The notes below the pieces were generated by a model, which had not been told where the DNA came from, ran no database searches, and saw only the letters and a program-made list of their open reading frames with translations. Source: Nitrospiraceae bacterium (lineage in GTDB: Bacteria; Nitrospirota; Nitrospiria; Nitrospirales; Nitrospiraceae). From it: a DNA stretch of 64,000 nt. Position numbers and translations under genes: made by a program. The stretch is taken from assembly GCA_050246315.1 (NCBI GenBank), contig JBFWWG010000008.1, positions 131,609 through 195,608 on the forward strand, given 5' to 3'. Numbering within the stretch: the stretch's first letter is position 1; each line of letters begins with the position of its first letter. Of this stretch, positions 61,751 through 64,000 are shown one piece after another.

Positions 61751-63100
61751 CTACATGGTCCGAAGGGCCTGCAACAGATTCCGCCGCCCTCCGGGCGCAC
61801 TGATGGCTTTAACAAGCTTTCTGGCGCTGAGAAATTGCTTGATGAGCCGATTGACTTCCTGCACGGTCGTGCCGCTGCCGCGGGCGATGCGTTTCTTGCG
61901 GCTGCCGTTGAGCAAGGTGTGATCGCGGCGCTCCTGCGCCGTCATGGAATCGATGATTGCCACGATCCGCCCGATTTCCTTGTCCGGTACCGCCTCGCCG
62001 TTCATCATGTCGCGTAGCCGCTGGCCGCCTGGCAACATGCCGAGAATTTGATCCATGCTGCCCAGCTTGTTGACCTGCTTGATCTGCTCGCGAAAATCGT
62101 CGAACGTCAGAGACTTCCCGCTCAACGTCTTGCGGGCGATCTCGGCCTGCTCCTGCGAATAGGTTTCCTGTGCCTTTTCTATGAGGGTCAGCACATCCCC
62201 CATGCCCAGAATCCGTGAGGCCATCCGATCCGGGTGAAACAGTTCCAGTGCATCGAGCTTCTCGCCCACTCCGAGAAACTTGATCGGCTTCCCCGTGACC
62301 GCGCGGATGGACAAGACCGCGCCGCCACGGGCATCGCCCTCGGTTTTGGTTAAGATGACGCCTGTCAGCCCCACCCGCTGGTCGAACTGCCCGGCCATTG
62401 AGACCGCATCCTGTCCCGTCATCGCATCGGCCACGAGCAAGACTTCCTGCGGGAGGACGGCCTGCTTCACCGCCACCAACTCCTGCATCAACTCGTCGTC
62501 GATATGCAGGCGGCCACCGGTGTCCAGAACCACGACGTCATAGCCCTTGTCTCGGCCGCATTCCGTTCCTTCCCGGCAAATTTGCACCACATCCTGCTGG
62601 GTGGCATCGATCCGGTCGACTCGATGCACATCCACGCCGAGCGTTGCCCCGAGATTCGACAACTGGTCACCTGCCGCCGGCCGACGTGGATCGGCCGCCA
62701 CCAAAAGAACTCGACGACCTTGATGCTTGAACCATCGCGCGAGCTTGCCGCAGGTCGTCGTCTTGCCGGCGCCCTGCAATCCCACCATCATGATGATCGT
62801 CGGAGGGACGGAGGCCAGCTTCAGCCCGGCCTGCTCCTTCCCCATCATTTCGCCCAGCTCTTCCCAGACGACCTTGACGACCTGGTGTCCGGGGGTCAGA
62901 CTCTGCAAGACCTCCTGCCCGACTGCCTTCACGCGGACCCGCTCGATGAAATCCTTGACCACCTTGAAATTCACATCGGCTTCAAGCAGCGCCAGGCGAA
63001 CTTCCTTCAAGGCCTCCGCAATATTGGCCTCGGTGAGCACACCCTGGCCCCGAAGCTTGCGGAGAATGGTCTCGAATTTCTGACTTAGGGCGTCGAGCAC
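61751..63100 (-). CDS. ffh: Signal recognition particle protein Ffh
   Basis: ALLEADVN, GLQGAGKTT, DTGGR, DARGGA, RILGMGD, M domain SRKKRIARGSG. Confidence 0.97.
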   Translation of the reverse strand: MLDALSQKFETILRKLRGQGVLTEANIAEALKEVRLALLEADVNFKVVKDFIERVRVKAVGQEVLQSLTPGHQVVKVVWEELGEMMGKEQAGLKLASVPPTIIMMVGLQGAGKTTTCGKLARWFKHQGRRVLLVAADPRRPAAGDQLSNLGATLGVDVHRVDRIDATQQDVVQICREGTECGRDKGYDVVVLDTGGRLHIDDELMQELVAVKQAVLPQEVLLVADAMTGQDAVSMAGQFDQRVGLTGVILTKTEGDARGGAVLSIRAVTGKPIKFLGVGEKLDALELFHPDRMASRILGMGDVLTLIEKAQETYSQEQAEIARKTLSGKSLTFDDFREQIKQVNKLGSMDQILGMLPGGQRLRDMMNGEAVPDKEIGRIVAIIDSMTAQERRDHTLLNGSRKKRIARGSGTTVQEVNRLIKQFLSARKLVKAISAPGGRRNLLQALRTM

Positions 63101-63171
63101 GGGCGCACCAATCCTCCCTGTCGGTCTACCTTACGTATCATCTCGGAATTTCAGGAAAAAGACCATCGAGC

Positions 63172-63200
63172 AGTCTAGACAACGAGGTCCTGGATGTCAA
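63172..63200 (-). promoter_or_regulatory. Sigma70-type promoter for the ffh-rpsP operon
   Basis: Minus strand TTGACA-N17-TAGACT. Confidence 0.7.
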
Positions 63201-63265
63201 GGTGTCGAGAGACATTCCCTTGACTGCCCTTGCCGGATACCGGAACCAGGAACCCCTGCGAGAAG

Positions 63266-63633
63266 GACACCCGAGCGGTCTGGTGTAGCTTGCGTGAAAG
63301 AGGGCATCAACCCGCACTCGACCCCCTCTCTTAGGTGAGCGCGATATCTTCGTACACGTTTCAACCCCAAGTTCACAGAGTCATATTGGCCGCTCTTGCG
63401 TTCCTCGCGTTCTGTTTCTCGGACGCAGGTGCTCAGTACCCTGACTTAGCGAACCCGAAGTCGAAGAACGTAACATCTCGACTTCGGCATTCTTAGCGAT
63501 CGGACTTTGCTCTCCTCAGGGTCTACGCGAGCGAGCAGCACAAGGATTGACCTCACGCGGAGCTCAATCTGATGAGGGGGAACGTGTACCTGGCGAGCAT
63601 GGACCGTAGCTAACCTTGACCATCAGGCTTGTC
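63266..63633 (-). ncRNA. Candidate large structured ncRNA of unknown family
   Basis: ORF-free region with nested complementary arms, listed in the findings. G-U pairing favours the minus strand. Confidence 0.5.
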
Positions 63634-63806
63634 GATGTCGAACCGAAAGGACTCATGCCGATCTTGTGAGACACCTGTCCAGAGAAGTATCTTCACATTA
63701 CATTCGAAAGCTTGCGTTGTGGAAGCCTGTCAATGTCAGCCGCTTGGACGACAGGCCGGTTCGCAGGTCGCATGGAGGCGAGGCATCCCCTAGCCCGTGA
63801 CTCTAG

Positions 63807-63898
63807 CAGGCAGCGGAAAACCCTCCGTTCATCCGTCGAGGGCCTCAGGACGAACGGAGCAGTCATTGAATAGACTGGTGTTTTCCGATCGTGCTGAG
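63807..63898. repeat. MITE/REP-like element, copy B (related to 3504-3597)
   Basis: aaaaccctccgttcatccgtcgagggcctcaggacgaacgg...ccgatcgtgctgag aligns with 3504-3585. Preceded by CTAG at 63803. Confidence 0.6.
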
Positions 63899-63990
63899 AC
63901 CTGTATGATGGTTGTCAGGTGTCAGTACATGTCCTCTTTCGTGAGTATGATGGTGCATCGCATCGCCATGGCGCGTAAGGAGGACTTCCG

Positions 63991-64000
63991 ATGAGACAGC
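63991..64000 (+). CDS. Probable start of a gene running off the window
   Basis: Strong SD AAGGAGG (63977-63983) 7 nt before the ATG at 63991. Confidence 0.35.

Noticed and set aside
63497..63545. SRP-like CAGG...AGCAGC (plus strand) and RNase P-like GAG...AAAGTCCG (minus strand) words in the candidate RNA
   Set aside because: The spacing does not form the SRP helix 8 stem-loop, and the other universal RNase P elements and distances do not fit. I assign no known family.
63797..63994. 65-aa ORF, along with 3250-3639 and 3516-3818
   Set aside because: Translations of the palindromic repeat (PSVHPS..SGRT) rather than real genes.
1..64000. CRISPR arrays, tRNA/rRNA genes, transposases, integrases, prophage or defence genes
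   Set aside because: None recognised by eye. The HD protein and YraN lie in housekeeping contexts with no defence-island signature.

Overview
A GC-rich Gram-negative chromosomal segment. Gene content and order point to Nitrospira/Nitrospirota (inference). From left to right: (1) 1-37.5 kb is one long minus-strand envelope cluster: bamA, two skp, fabZ, lpxA, lpxI, a gnnA-like oxidoreductase, lpxB, msbA, a DUF374/LpxJ-like acyltransferase split by a frameshift at an A9 run, waaA, lpxK, a WaaF-GmhB fusion, more heptosyl- and glycosyltransferases (one a GT4-GT9 fusion), methyl/acetyltransferases, rfbA/B/D, gmd, an O-antigen ligase, a DegT aminotransferase and wzm. (2) 37.8-44.3 kb is plus-strand galU-lon-thiL-DUF2062-HD hydrolase. 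(3) 44.4-53.6 kb is minus-strand thiS-thiG-thiE followed by an actinobacterial-type proteasome operon (arc-dop-prcB-prcA-pafA-M23 peptidase) with no pup/UBact gene in its usual slot. (4) 53.7-63.1 kb holds a stand-alone PolX N-terminal protein and minus-strand ffh-rpsP-rimM-trmD-rplS-rnhB-yraN-ftsE-ftsX-envC-ctpA. Several MITE/REP-like elements sit between genes, mostly next to TAG/CTAG. The best leads are an unassigned ~370-nt, extensively base-paired candidate ncRNA upstream of ffh, the candidate recoding or phase-variation site in the LpxJ-like gene, and the Pup-less proteasome operon next to a ThiS with a blocked C-terminus (GGG-NP). All calls come from reading sequence and motifs by eye; no searches were run.
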